Of a DNA stretch of 14,343 nt, positions 1 through 6,575 are shown in pieces. A program made the position numbers and the translations under genes. Each line of letters begins with the position of its first letter. Within the stretch, counting starts at the first letter, position 1. The notes under the pieces were generated by a model. It had not been told where the DNA came from and did no database searches. It worked only from the letters and a program-made list of their open reading frames with translations. The stretch comes from a virus: the UHGV virus genome UHGV-1692207; one strand, 5' to 3'.

Positions 1-2
1 AC

Positions 3-188
3 CGGGAAATCTTCAGGGAGTTTAACGGACGCAACCACCACGAACTGGCCCGCAAGTTTGGTGTTTCGCTTCAGTGGGTCTACAGCGTGGTTAAGCGGGT
101 CAGAAAAGAAGAACTGGATCGGATGCAGGGCAGGTTGTTTGATGAAGATCTGCCAGAGGAGACGAAAGACGTTAACAAATCCAGATAA
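3..188 (+). CDS. Mor/C-family phage transcriptional activator, C-terminal fragment (5' end outside window)
   Basis: Open frame from the window edge to TAA at 186-188 (missed by the ORF track, which needs a Met). Translation ...EIFREFNGRNHHELARKFGVSLQWVYSVVKRVRKEELDRMQGRLFDEDLPEETKDVNKSR matches from memory the C-terminal helix-turn-helix region of Mu Mor (dFNGRN..EL...yGV....vY...rR.R pattern). An intrinsic terminator follows. Confidence 0.55.
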   Translation, partial: REIFREFNGRNHHELARKFGVSLQWVYSVVKRVRKEELDRMQGRLFDEDLPEETKDVNKSR

Positions 189-232
189 TTCCTGCTTGTT
201 AAAGTCCTTTCAAAAATCTCCTTATTGTATAA

Positions 233-264
233 AAGCACGGTAGACCCCTTACCGTGCTTTTTTT
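233..264 (+). terminator. Rho-independent terminator downstream of the Mor/C-like gene
   Basis: Perfect 9-bp stem AGCACGGTA (234-242) / TACCGTGCT (250-258), 7-nt loop, followed directly by a run of six T (259-264). Confidence 0.6.
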
Positions 265-302
265 ATGCTCTCTCTTTAGTATTCAGGATGCAGGGAGAAA
301 AT

Positions 303-935
303 ATGTTTGACGTTTCGTTGTTAAATCTGCCATGGGCAACACTGGTGACCCTGACCAGTGGCTATATTGGGTATTTTATTGCGAATGTGGGACTGAAGGA
401 TCACCACAAGCCCATTGAGGTGACTTTTTCTTCGCTGATTTTTGGCCTGACAGCAATGATGGCTTACCAGGCTGTTATGTGGGCAGGTCTGAATGCCTGG
501 CTGGCAACACCACCAGCACTTCTGTGTGCCGTTACATGCGGTGCGTGGTGGCGCAGGTACGGTCGCAAATGGATGTACAGATTACTGTGGAATAATGATG
601 TTTCATGGTCTGACGATACCAGCTCAGCATGGCAGGCAATGTTTGATCAAACAGGCTTCAGCGTTACCGAGGTCAGAGTGATTCTTCGCGATGGTTCCGG
701 TATGATGTCACGGCTGCCAGGGAACTTTGAAGAGTGGCCTAACGGTCCGTTTACCCTGGGGAATAAAGGCGATATGGTTCTTTACGTCACGCACAGCAGC
801 CCTTCAGGCAGTAACGAATGGGAAGAGTATAAAGGCGTGGTTGATAAGTACTGGGGAGCTCTGGCAACCTATATTCCAGCAGATCAGATTGCCAGAGTGG
901 AGATCAGGCGCGTTCGTGCAACGAACGATGAATGA
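303..935 (+). CDS. Hypothetical inner-membrane protein: three predicted N-terminal transmembrane helices plus a ~125-aa soluble C-terminal domain; function unknown (candidate phage moron)
   Basis: ATG at 303 preceded by AGGGAG (292-297) with 5-nt spacing; the longer ORF-track start at 225 would begin inside the upstream terminator. Hydrophobic stretches at about residues 9-31, 36-61 and 65-83, followed by a positively charged RRYGRKWMYR segment, then a hydrophilic domain. I recognise no family by eye. Confidence 0.7.
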   Translation: MFDVSLLNLPWATLVTLTSGYIGYFIANVGLKDHHKPIEVTFSSLIFGLTAMMAYQAVMWAGLNAWLATPPALLCAVTCGAWWRRYGRKWMYRLLWNNDVSWSDDTSSAWQAMFDQTGFSVTEVRVILRDGSGMMSRLPGNFEEWPNGPFTLGNKGDMVLYVTHSSPSGSNEWEEYKGVVDKYWGALATYIPADQIARVEIRRVRATNDE

Positions 936-938
936 TGT

Positions 939-1100
939 TTATTTTTTCCCTGGGGCAGGGGCTGCCGGCATAGTGGTTTTATTGGCAGAGGAAGACGATT
1001 CTCCTTTTCTACCGGAATCGCGCTCGAACGTCACGATGTGCTTGCTTTTGGGCTTTTCTGAGTAATCCAGGCTATCATGCTTATTGTTTTGAGTAGTCAT
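939..1100 (-). CDS. Small hypothetical hydrophilic protein (53 aa, Lys/Ser/Thr-rich), convergent with the membrane protein gene
   Basis: Minus-strand ORF, ATG at 1100 to TAA at 941-939, translating MTTQNNKHDSLDYSEKPKSKHIVTFERDSGRKGESSSANKTTMPAAPAPGKK. AAGGA Shine-Dalgarno 8 nt upstream of the ATG; sigma70-like promoter about 40 bp further upstream. Below the 60-aa ORF-track cut-off. An in-frame alternative ATG at 1109 has a poorly spaced SD. Confidence 0.35.
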   Translation of the reverse strand: MTTQNNKHDSLDYSEKPKSKHIVTFERDSGRKGESSSSANKTTMPAAPAPGKK

Positions 1101-1143
1101 TGGAATCATCCTTTTTGTTGCGGGTCATGTTTCAGCAAACTCG

Positions 1144-1173
1144 ATTCTAAGTTGCCAGGAAGGATGATTTCAA
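1144..1173 (-). promoter_or_regulatory. Putative sigma70 promoter for the small minus-strand ORF
   Basis: On the minus strand: -35 TTGAAA (complement of 1168-1173), 18-bp spacer, -10 TAGAAT (complement of 1144-1149). Each hexamer matches consensus at 5 of 6 positions. Predicted start near 1137, giving a ~37-nt leader. Confidence 0.3.
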
Positions 1174-1317
1174 TGCCCGACTTATCTATCGTATAGCGGA
1201 AAAGAATTTCAGTTCTGTTCACCAGAACCCATGTTAACCCACTCCAATTCGTTATTTATCTCACGGATCCCCCTTCATTTATCTCATGTCTGATCACTCA
1301 CCCTGCTGAAAGATGAA

Positions 1318-2121
1318 GTGGTGATGCGCCAGGAAGCCACGGTGATCACCGTTGGTGGTTCCGACTACAAAAAACTGGTGAATCTGGGCGGCACGGCTTC
1401 CGGATGGGTTGGCGAGACTGACGCGCGCTCCCAGACTGCCACCTCAAAACTGGGCCTGATTGAACCTTTCATGGGGGAAATCTACGGTAACCCGCAGGCC
1501 ACCCAGAAAATGCTGGATGATGCCTTTTTCAACGTGGAAGCATGGATCAACAGCGAGCTGGCAACCGAATTTGCCGAACAGGAAGAAATTGCCTTTACCA
1601 CCGGCGATGGTACCAAGAAGCCGAAAGGGTTCCTGGCGTATGAATCCACTGATGAAACCGATAAGGTCCGGGCGTTCGGCAAACTTCAGCATATTGTATC
1701 CGGCGAAGCGACGGCGGTGACCGCAGACGCCATTATCAAACTGATTTACACGCTGCGTAAGGCACACCGCACTGGCGCGAAGTTCATGATGAACAACAAC
1801 AGCCTGTTTGCCATCCGTCTGCTTAAAGACAGCGAGGGTAACTATCTGTGGCGTCCGGGGCTGGAACTGGGGCAGCCGTCCTCTCTGGCGGGTTACGGTA
1901 TCGCTGAAAACGAACAGATGCCGGATATCGCCGCTGATGCGAAAGCCATTGCATTTGGTAACTTCAAACGGGGTTACACCATCGTTGACCGTATCGGCAC
2001 CCGCATTCTGCGTGACCCGTACACCAATAAACCGTTTGTCGGTTTTTATACCACCAAGCGCACCGGCGGGATGCTGGTCGATTCGCAGGCCATCAAACTG
2101 CTGAAGATTGCAGCGGCGTAA
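1318..2121 (+). CDS. Major capsid protein, HK97 family, C-terminal ~2/3 only; probable 5'-truncated remnant
   Basis: C-terminal region (GYGIAENEQMPD...FGNFKRGYTIVDRIGTRILRDPYTNKPFVGFYTTKRTGGMLVDSQAIKLLKIA) resembles the HK97 gp5 A-domain/C-terminus as I recall it; a TGDGT motif sits near residue 97. The frame is open only from the TGA at 1291-1293. Only a GTG (1318) or an ATG (1324) without a convincing SD is available as start. The ~130 aa that would carry the delta domain and N-arm are absent, and upstream sequence is non-coding. Confidence 0.7.
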   Translation: MVMRQEATVITVGGSDYKKLVNLGGTASGWVGETDARSQTATSKLGLIEPFMGEIYGNPQATQKMLDDAFFNVEAWINSELATEFAEQEEIAFTTGDGTKKPKGFLAYESTDETDKVRAFGKLQHIVSGEATAVTADAIIKLIYTLRKAHRTGAKFMMNNNSLFAIRLLKDSEGNYLWRPGLELGQPSSLAGYGIAENEQMPDIAADAKAIAFGNFKRGYTIVDRIGTRILRDPYTNKPFVGFYTTKRTGGMLVDSQAIKLLKIAAA

Positions 2122-2127
2122 TCACTC

Positions 2128-2150
2128 AGGGGCGCGGAACCGCGCCCCCT
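2128..2150 (+). terminator. GC-rich hairpin after the capsid gene (attenuator or partial terminator)
   Basis: GGGGCGC (2129-2135) pairs with GCGCCCC (2142-2148) around a GGAACC/GAAC loop. The downstream tract CTGTTCTG is only weakly T-rich, so readthrough is likely. Position after the major capsid gene is typical for stoichiometry control. Confidence 0.4.
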
Positions 2151-2170
2151 GTTCTGACGGGTGAAGAATC

Positions 2171-2371
2171 ATGATCCTGAAACAAGATCTGAAATGGTCA
2201 CCGGACGGTATGCGTGTTGAGGTCATTCGGGCCGGTGAGTATGACGATGGGGCGCTTCCTGCCCGGGTGCAGGAGATTGCACTTCAGGCCGGGTTAGCAG
2301 AGCGCGGAATCAGTGCAAAAAGCAGTAAAGCGGCAAAAGAGAAAAAAGCCACGACCAGTAAAGAGGGCTGA
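2171..2371 (+). CDS. Hypothetical small head-module protein (66 aa)
   Basis: ORF between the capsid and connector genes. Its stop (2369-2371) lies 3 nt before the next start. Lys-rich C-terminus. No family recognised. Confidence 0.45.
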   Translation: MILKQDLKWSPDGMRVEVIRAGEYDDGALPARVQEIALQAGLAERGISAKSSKAAKEKKATTSKEG

Positions 2372-2373
2372 GT

Positions 2374-2697
2374 ATGCTTCTGACAATGGAAGAGATTAAA
2401 GCCCAACTCCGGCTGGATGAGGATTTCGATGCTGATGACCGCCATCTGCAACTGCTGGCCTGTGCGGCACAAAAGCGGACGGAAACGTATCTGAACCGGA
2501 AGCTCTATGCACCGGATGAAACCATTCCGGACAGCGATCCGGACGGGCTGCACCTGCCGGATGATATTCGTCTGGGGATGCTGATGCTTATCAGCCATTT
2601 TTACGAAAACCGCTCGTCGGTTACGGAAGTGGAGAAACTCGACATGCCGCAGAGTTTTGGCTGGCTTGTCGGCCCGTACAGGTACTTTCCGCAATGA
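2374..2697 (+). CDS. Head-tail connector protein (phage gp6-like)
   Basis: 107 aa, MLLTMEEIKAQLRLDEDFDADDRHLQLLACAAQKRTETYL... resembles gp6-type connector N-termini. SD GAGGG precedes the ATG. Its TGA overlaps the next start as ATGA. Confidence 0.7.
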   Translation: MLLTMEEIKAQLRLDEDFDADDRHLQLLACAAQKRTETYLNRKLYAPDETIPDSDPDGLHLPDDIRLGMLMLISHFYENRSSVTEVEKLDMPQSFGWLVGPYRYFPQ

Positions 2698-3104
2698 AAA
2701 TTCGTCAGGCGCAGACCAGCGCAACCTACATTCTGCCGGACCCCGGTGAACTGAATAAACGCGTCCTGATCCGCCTGCGGGTGGATATGCCCGCGGATAA
2801 CTTTGGCGTGGAGCCTCAATACCTGATTACGTTCCGGACATGGGCGAAGGTTATCCAGACCAGTGCCACCACCTGGCAGGAAACCGCGCAGACCGGGGAC
2901 GCCATCACCCATTACATCACCATTCGTTACCGCCGGGGGATTACCGCTGATTATGAGGTGGTCTGCGGTGACAGTGTGTACCGGGTGAAACGTCAGCGCG
3001 ATCTGAACGGGGCGCGGCGCTTTCTGCTGCTGGAGTGTACGGAGCTGGGCGAATGTAGGCAGAGTCACGGAGGCAACAATGACGACTTCCTTTTTGCACG
3101 TTGA
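2694..3104 (+). CDS. Head-tail adaptor / head closure protein (lambda gpFII / HK97 gp8-like)
   Basis: 136 aa with the GEL..RV.I...........G.....T....WA.V......E......TH.ITIRYRRGIT pattern of the head-tail joining family. Start overlaps the upstream stop (ATGA). Confidence 0.7.
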   Translation: MKIRQAQTSATYILPDPGELNKRVLIRLRVDMPADNFGVEPQYLITFRTWAKVIQTSATTWQETAQTGDAITHYITIRYRRGITADYEVVCGDSVYRVKRQRDLNGARRFLLLECTELGECRQSHGGNNDDFLFAR

Positions 3105-3585
3105 TTTTCAGCAGCCCGCGGAGATGCGCTTTAACCGCGCCCGTGTCCGGCGGGCGTTTGTCACGATTGGTCAGCGTCATATGCGTGATGCCCGTCGGCT
3201 GGTGATGCGCCGTGCGCGGTCGGCACCGGGTGAAAACCCCGGTTATCAGACCGGACGCCTGGCTCGTTCGATTGGTTACATGGTACCCAGAGCCAGTAAA
3301 CATCGCCCTGGTTTTATGGCACGTATAGCCCCTAACCAGCGTAATGGAGAGGGAAACCGCCGTATCACCGGTGATTTTTATCCGGCTTTTTTGTTCTATG
3401 GCGTGAGGCGAGGGGCAAAGCGTCGTCGCAGCCATCATCGTGGTGCATCCGGTGGCAGCGGCTGGCGACTGGCTCCACGTAATAACTTTATGGTGGAAAC
3501 GCTTGAAAAGAACCGCAGCTGGACACGCTATTTTCTGGCGCGGGAATTACGTAAATCACTGAAGCCGGAGCGACGACGCAGATGA
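3079..3585 (+). CDS. Tail-component / neck protein, HK97 gp10-like
   Basis: 168 aa, Arg-rich, with GRLARSIGY and YPAFLFYG motifs that resemble HK97 gp10-family proteins. Strong SD GGAGG (3069-3073) 5 nt before the ATG at 3079. Overlaps the 3' end of the previous gene by 26 nt. Confidence 0.6.
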   Translation: MTTSFLHVDFQQPAEMRFNRARVRRAFVTIGQRHMRDARRLVMRRARSAPGENPGYQTGRLARSIGYMVPRASKHRPGFMARIAPNQRNGEGNRRITGDFYPAFLFYGVRRGAKRRRSHHRGASGGSGWRLAPRNNFMVETLEKNRSWTRYFLARELRKSLKPERRRR

Positions 3586-4142
3586 AACTGACGCCTGTTA
3601 TTGCTGCGCTGCGTGCCCGCTGCCCGTATTTTGAAAACCGGGTGGCAGGCGCGGCACAGTTCAAAAATCTGCCGGAGGTCGGAAAGCTGAGACTCCCGGC
3701 GGCATATGTGGTACCGGGTGATGACTCTCCGGGAGAAAACAAAAGCCAGACCGACTACTGGCAGGAGCTGAAAGAGGGCTTCTCCGTGGTTGTCATACTG
3801 AGTAACGGACGTGATGAGCGCGGTCAGTTTGCCTCGTATGATGTGGTGGACGATGTCCGGCAGATGCTCTTTAAGGCCCTGCTGGGCTGGAACCCGGAAG
3901 CGTGCGGTAACCCGATTACCTATGACGGCGGCACGCTGCTGGATCTGAATCGTCATGAGCTGATTTATCAGTTCGATTTTTCGGTCATCAGAGAGCTGAC
4001 CGAAGACGATACCCGCCAGCAGGATGACCTGAACAGTCTGGATGAACTGCGAACGCTGGCGATTGATGTTGATTATCTCGATCCCGGTAACGGGTCTGAC
4101 GGCGATATCGAACATCACACCGAAATACCCCTTCCTTCCTGA
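3582..4142 (+). CDS. Putative tail completion / tail terminator protein (precedes sheath)
   Basis: 186 aa. ATG overlaps the upstream stop (ATGA at 3582-3585). Acidic C-terminus. Its position directly before the sheath gene matches Mu/SfV-type tail modules. The 196-aa antisense ORF at 3528-4118 is treated as a shadow. Confidence 0.55.
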   Translation: MKLTPVIAALRARCPYFENRVAGAAQFKNLPEVGKLRLPAAYVVPGDDSPGENKSQTDYWQELKEGFSVVVILSNGRDERGQFASYDVVDDVRQMLFKALLGWNPEACGNPITYDGGTLLDLNRHELIYQFDFSVIRELTEDDTRQQDDLNSLDELRTLAIDVDYLDPGNGSDGDIEHHTEIPLPS

Positions 4143-4150
4143 GGATCATT

Positions 4151-4321
4151 ATGTTTGTGAAACCTGTTAAAGGGCGGTCAGTGCCTGACCCTGCCCGCGG
4201 CGACCTTTTGCCCGCCGAAGGGCGAAATGTTGATGAGAACAACTACTGGCTGCGCCGTGAAGCAGCGGGTGATATCCGGCGCGTGAATAAAAAGGTGAAC
4301 ACCGATGACGATAAGCTTTAA
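4151..4321 (+). CDS. Small hypothetical protein (56 aa) upstream of the sheath gene
   Basis: Not in the ORF track (<60 aa). ATG at 4151 with SD GAGGA (4141-4145) at 5-nt spacing. Translates MFVKPVKGRSVPDPARGDLLPAEGRNVDENNYWLRREAAGDIRRVNKKVNTDDDKL. Fills the only gap in the operon and its 3' end overlaps the sheath start. Confidence 0.4.
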   Translation: MFVKPVKGRSVPDPARGDLLPAEGRNVDENNYWLRREAAGDIRRVNKKVNTDDDKL

Positions 4322-5801
4322 CACCATTCCGTCGAATACGCTGGTTCCGCTGTTTTATGCGGAAATGGATAACCAGGCTGCGAATACTGCACAGGACAGC
4401 GGAGCATCGCTGCTGATTGGTCATGCCAATAACGGTGCAGAGATTGTTGCCAACAGTCTGGTACTGATGCCGTCGGCAGACTATGCACGCCAGATTTGTG
4501 GTGCGGGAAGTCAGCTGGCGCGTATGGTCGAGGCTTATCGCCAGACTGACCCGTTTGGCGAGCTGTATGTGATTGCCGTTCCTGAATCCACAGGCGCGGC
4601 GGCAACGGTTACGCTGACGGTGACCGGGGCGGCAACCGAAACCGGCACGGTGAATGTGTATGTGGGACGTACCCGCGTGCAGGTACCGGTGACTAACGGC
4701 GATAACGTTACGATGATTGCCAGCAGTATCCAGGATGCCATCAATGCCGTTCCGACCCTGCCGTTTACGGCTTCATCTTCGGCAGGCGTGGTCACACTGA
4801 CCGCGCGTCATAAGGGGCTTTGCGGGAATGAAATTCCTGTCAGCCTCAATTACTACGGCTTTGGTGGGGGCGAAGTGCTGCCAGCGGGCGTACAGATTGC
4901 CGTGGTGACGGGTACCGCCGGAACGGGTGCTCCGGTTCTCACCGGCGCTGTGGCTGCAATGGCGGATGAGCCGTTTGATTATATCGGCCTGCCGTTCAAC
5001 GACACGGCCTCCGTTAACACGCTGGTGACCGAGATGAACGATACCAGCGGTCGCTGGAGCTATGCGCGTCAGCTGTATGGTCATGTGTATACGGCAAAGA
5101 CCGGCACGCTGTCAGAACTGGTGACCGCAGGTGACCAGTTTAACCAGCAGCACATTACCCTGGCGGGGTACGAAAAAGACACCCAGACGCCTGCCGACGA
5201 GCTGGCGGCAAGCCGTACCGCCCGCGCAGCGGTGTTTATCCGCAACGATCCGGCACGTCCCACGCAGACCGGTGAGCTGGTGGGTATGCTGCCTGCGCCG
5301 AAGGGGAAACGGTTCACGATGACCGAACAAAAGACCCTGCTGTCTCATGGCGTGGCAACGGCGTATGTCGAAAGCGGGGTACTGCGCATTCAGCGTGATG
5401 TCACCACGTACAGGAAAAACGCTTACGGGGTTGCGGATAACAGCTACCTCGACAGCGAGACGCTGCATACCAGTGCGTATGTACTGCGCAAACTGAAATC
5501 CGTCATTACCAGTAAGTACGGGCGTCACAAGCTTGCCAGCGACGGTACCCGCTTTGGTCCCGGTCAGGCGATTGTCACCCCGGCGGTGATCAAAGGGGAA
5601 CTGCTGGCAACCTACCGTCAGCTTGAGCGTGCGGGGATCGTGGAAAACTACGAACTTTTTAAGCAGTACCTGGTTGTGGAGCGTGATGCCAGCGATCCGA
5701 ACCGCCTGAACACGCTGTTCCCGCCTGACTATGTTAACCAGTTGCGTGTCTTTGCCGTGGTTAACCAGTTCCGTCTTCAGTATTCAGAGGAGTCCGCATA
5801 A
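4305..5801 (+). CDS. Contractile tail sheath protein (Mu gpL-like)
   Basis: 498 aa. N-terminus MTISFNTIPSNTLVPLFYAEMDN resembles Mu L (ISFN.IPS...VPL.Y.E.DN) as I recall it. SD AAGGTGA precedes the ATG. Size and position fit a sheath. Confidence 0.9.
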   Translation: MTISFNTIPSNTLVPLFYAEMDNQAANTAQDSGASLLIGHANNGAEIVANSLVLMPSADYARQICGAGSQLARMVEAYRQTDPFGELYVIAVPESTGAAATVTLTVTGAATETGTVNVYVGRTRVQVPVTNGDNVTMIASSIQDAINAVPTLPFTASSSAGVVTLTARHKGLCGNEIPVSLNYYGFGGGEVLPAGVQIAVVTGTAGTGAPVLTGAVAAMADEPFDYIGLPFNDTASVNTLVTEMNDTSGRWSYARQLYGHVYTAKTGTLSELVTAGDQFNQQHITLAGYEKDTQTPADELAASRTARAAVFIRNDPARPTQTGELVGMLPAPKGKRFTMTEQKTLLSHGVATAYVESGVLRIQRDVTTYRKNAYGVADNSYLDSETLHTSAYVLRKLKSVITSKYGRHKLASDGTRFGPGQAIVTPAVIKGELLATYRQLERAGIVENYELFKQYLVVERDASDPNRLNTLFPPDYVNQLRVFAVVNQFRLQYSEESA

Positions 5802-6157
5802 TGGCCCGTATCGGGGGAACCTGTTATTTCAAAATTGACGGTCAGCAGCTATCGCTGACCGGCGGCATTGAGGTGCCCATGAACAGGACGGTCAATGATG
5901 ACATCATCGGCCTGGACGGTTCAGTGGACCGCAAGGAAACTCACCGTGCGCCTTATGTTAAAGGGACCTTCAAGGTGCCGAAGAATTTTCCGGTGAGCAA
6001 AATCACCTCGTCTGATGAGATGACCATCACTGCCGAGCTGGCGAACGGTCAGGTCTATGTACTGTCGTCTGCCTGGCTGCACGGCGAAGCGAACCATAAT
6101 GCCGAAGAAGGGACGGTTGATCTTGAGTTCCACGGTGAAGAAGGGGATTACCAGTAA
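5801..6157 (+). CDS. Tail tube protein (Mu gpM-like)
   Basis: 118 aa immediately after the sheath gene. Start overlaps the sheath stop (TAATG). SD GGAG at 5789-5792. Confidence 0.8.
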   Translation: MARIGGTCYFKIDGQQLSLTGGIEVPMNRTVNDDIIGLDGSVDRKETHRAPYVKGTFKVPKNFPVSKITSSDEMTITAELANGQVYVLSSAWLHGEANHNAEEGTVDLEFHGEEGDYQ

Positions 6158-6426
6158 TGAAAGAGCTTGAGTTAAAGAAACCGATTACCGCTCATGGCGA
6201 GACACTCTCCGTACTGGAGTTTGATGAGCCCACCGGGAAAGATGTCCGCGAGCTGGGGTATCCCTACCAGATGAATCAGGATGAGTCCGTCAGACTTCTG
6301 GCGCATGTGGTATCGAAATACATTGTGCGGCTGGCGAAAGTGCCGCAAAACTCTGTCGACCAGATGTCTCCGGCAGACCTGAATGCTGCGGCGTGGCTTG
6401 TGGCTGGTTTTTTCCTCCAGGCCTGA
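6157..6426 (+). CDS. Tail assembly chaperone (lambda G / P2 E analogue), short form
   Basis: 89 aa between the tube and tape measure genes. Start overlaps the tube stop (TAATG). A slippery heptamer lies near its 3' end. Confidence 0.7.
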   Translation: MKELELKKPITAHGETLSVLEFDEPTGKDVRELGYPYQMNQDESVRLLAHVVSKYIVRLAKVPQNSVDQMSPADLNAAAWLVAGFFLQA

Positions 6427-6575
6427 CGGCTGAATACCTCACTGATCGCTTCTTTGACTGCGCCAGCTACTGGCGCATTAATCCCTTCGAATTGCTGAAT
6501 ATGCCGATCAGTGAAATTCCCTTGCTGGTCAGTCAGGCAAACAGGATAGAGCAGGAGAAACGCACACATGGCTGA
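6157..6575 (+). CDS. Tail assembly chaperone, long form made by programmed -1 frameshift (G-T / E-E' analogue)
   Basis: Slippery heptamer T_TTT_TTC at 6408-6414 in the zero frame. The -1 frame is open from there to TGA at 6573-6575 (...FFPPGLTAEYLTDRFFDCASYWRINPFELLNMPISEIPLLVSQANRIEQEKRTHG), ending inside the tape measure start. Confidence 0.55.

Noticed and set aside
225-302. Longer N-terminal extension of the membrane protein (ORF-track start at 225)
   Set aside because: The extension would begin inside the terminator stem-loop (233-264) and lacks an SD, whereas ATG 303 has AGGGAG at ideal spacing.
911-947. Hairpin CGTTCGT-GCA-ACGAACG with a downstream T-run as a terminator for the membrane protein gene
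   Set aside because: The hairpin lies within the coding sequence (encoding ...RVRATNDE) and the T-run begins about 10 nt after the stem, not immediately after it, so it is not a canonical intrinsic terminator. Kept only as a possible weak pause site.
727-1065. 112-aa plus-strand ORF overlapping the 3' end of the membrane protein gene in another frame
   Set aside because: It overlaps the better-supported 303-935 gene by about 200 nt out of frame and has no convincing SD. The downstream part of the same region is better explained by the minus-strand small ORF with its promoter and SD.
3226-3249. Second hix-like sequence GAAAACC-CC-GGTTATCAG inside the gp10-like gene
   Set aside because: Only the left half resembles an invertase half-site. 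The right half has GGTTA rather than GGTTT and the arms lack dyad symmetry. Its position does not fit an inversion boundary, so it is probably a chance match encoding GENPGYQ.
2601-4118. Long minus-strand ORFs (2601-3068, 2941-3438, 3528-4118; 155-196 aa) antisense to the head-tail joining genes
   Set aside because: They overlap well-supported plus-strand genes that have recognisable family motifs and coupled start/stop signals. Their products are Arg/Pro/Gly-rich low-complexity sequences typical of antisense frames in GC-rich coding DNA. No RBS or promoter support.
4318-5528. Antisense and out-of-frame ORFs within the tail sheath gene (e.g. 4535-4795, 4773-5084, 5112-5528 minus; 5131-5322 plus)
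   Set aside because: All lie inside the confidently identified 498-aa sheath gene, have no initiation signals and have low-complexity translations.
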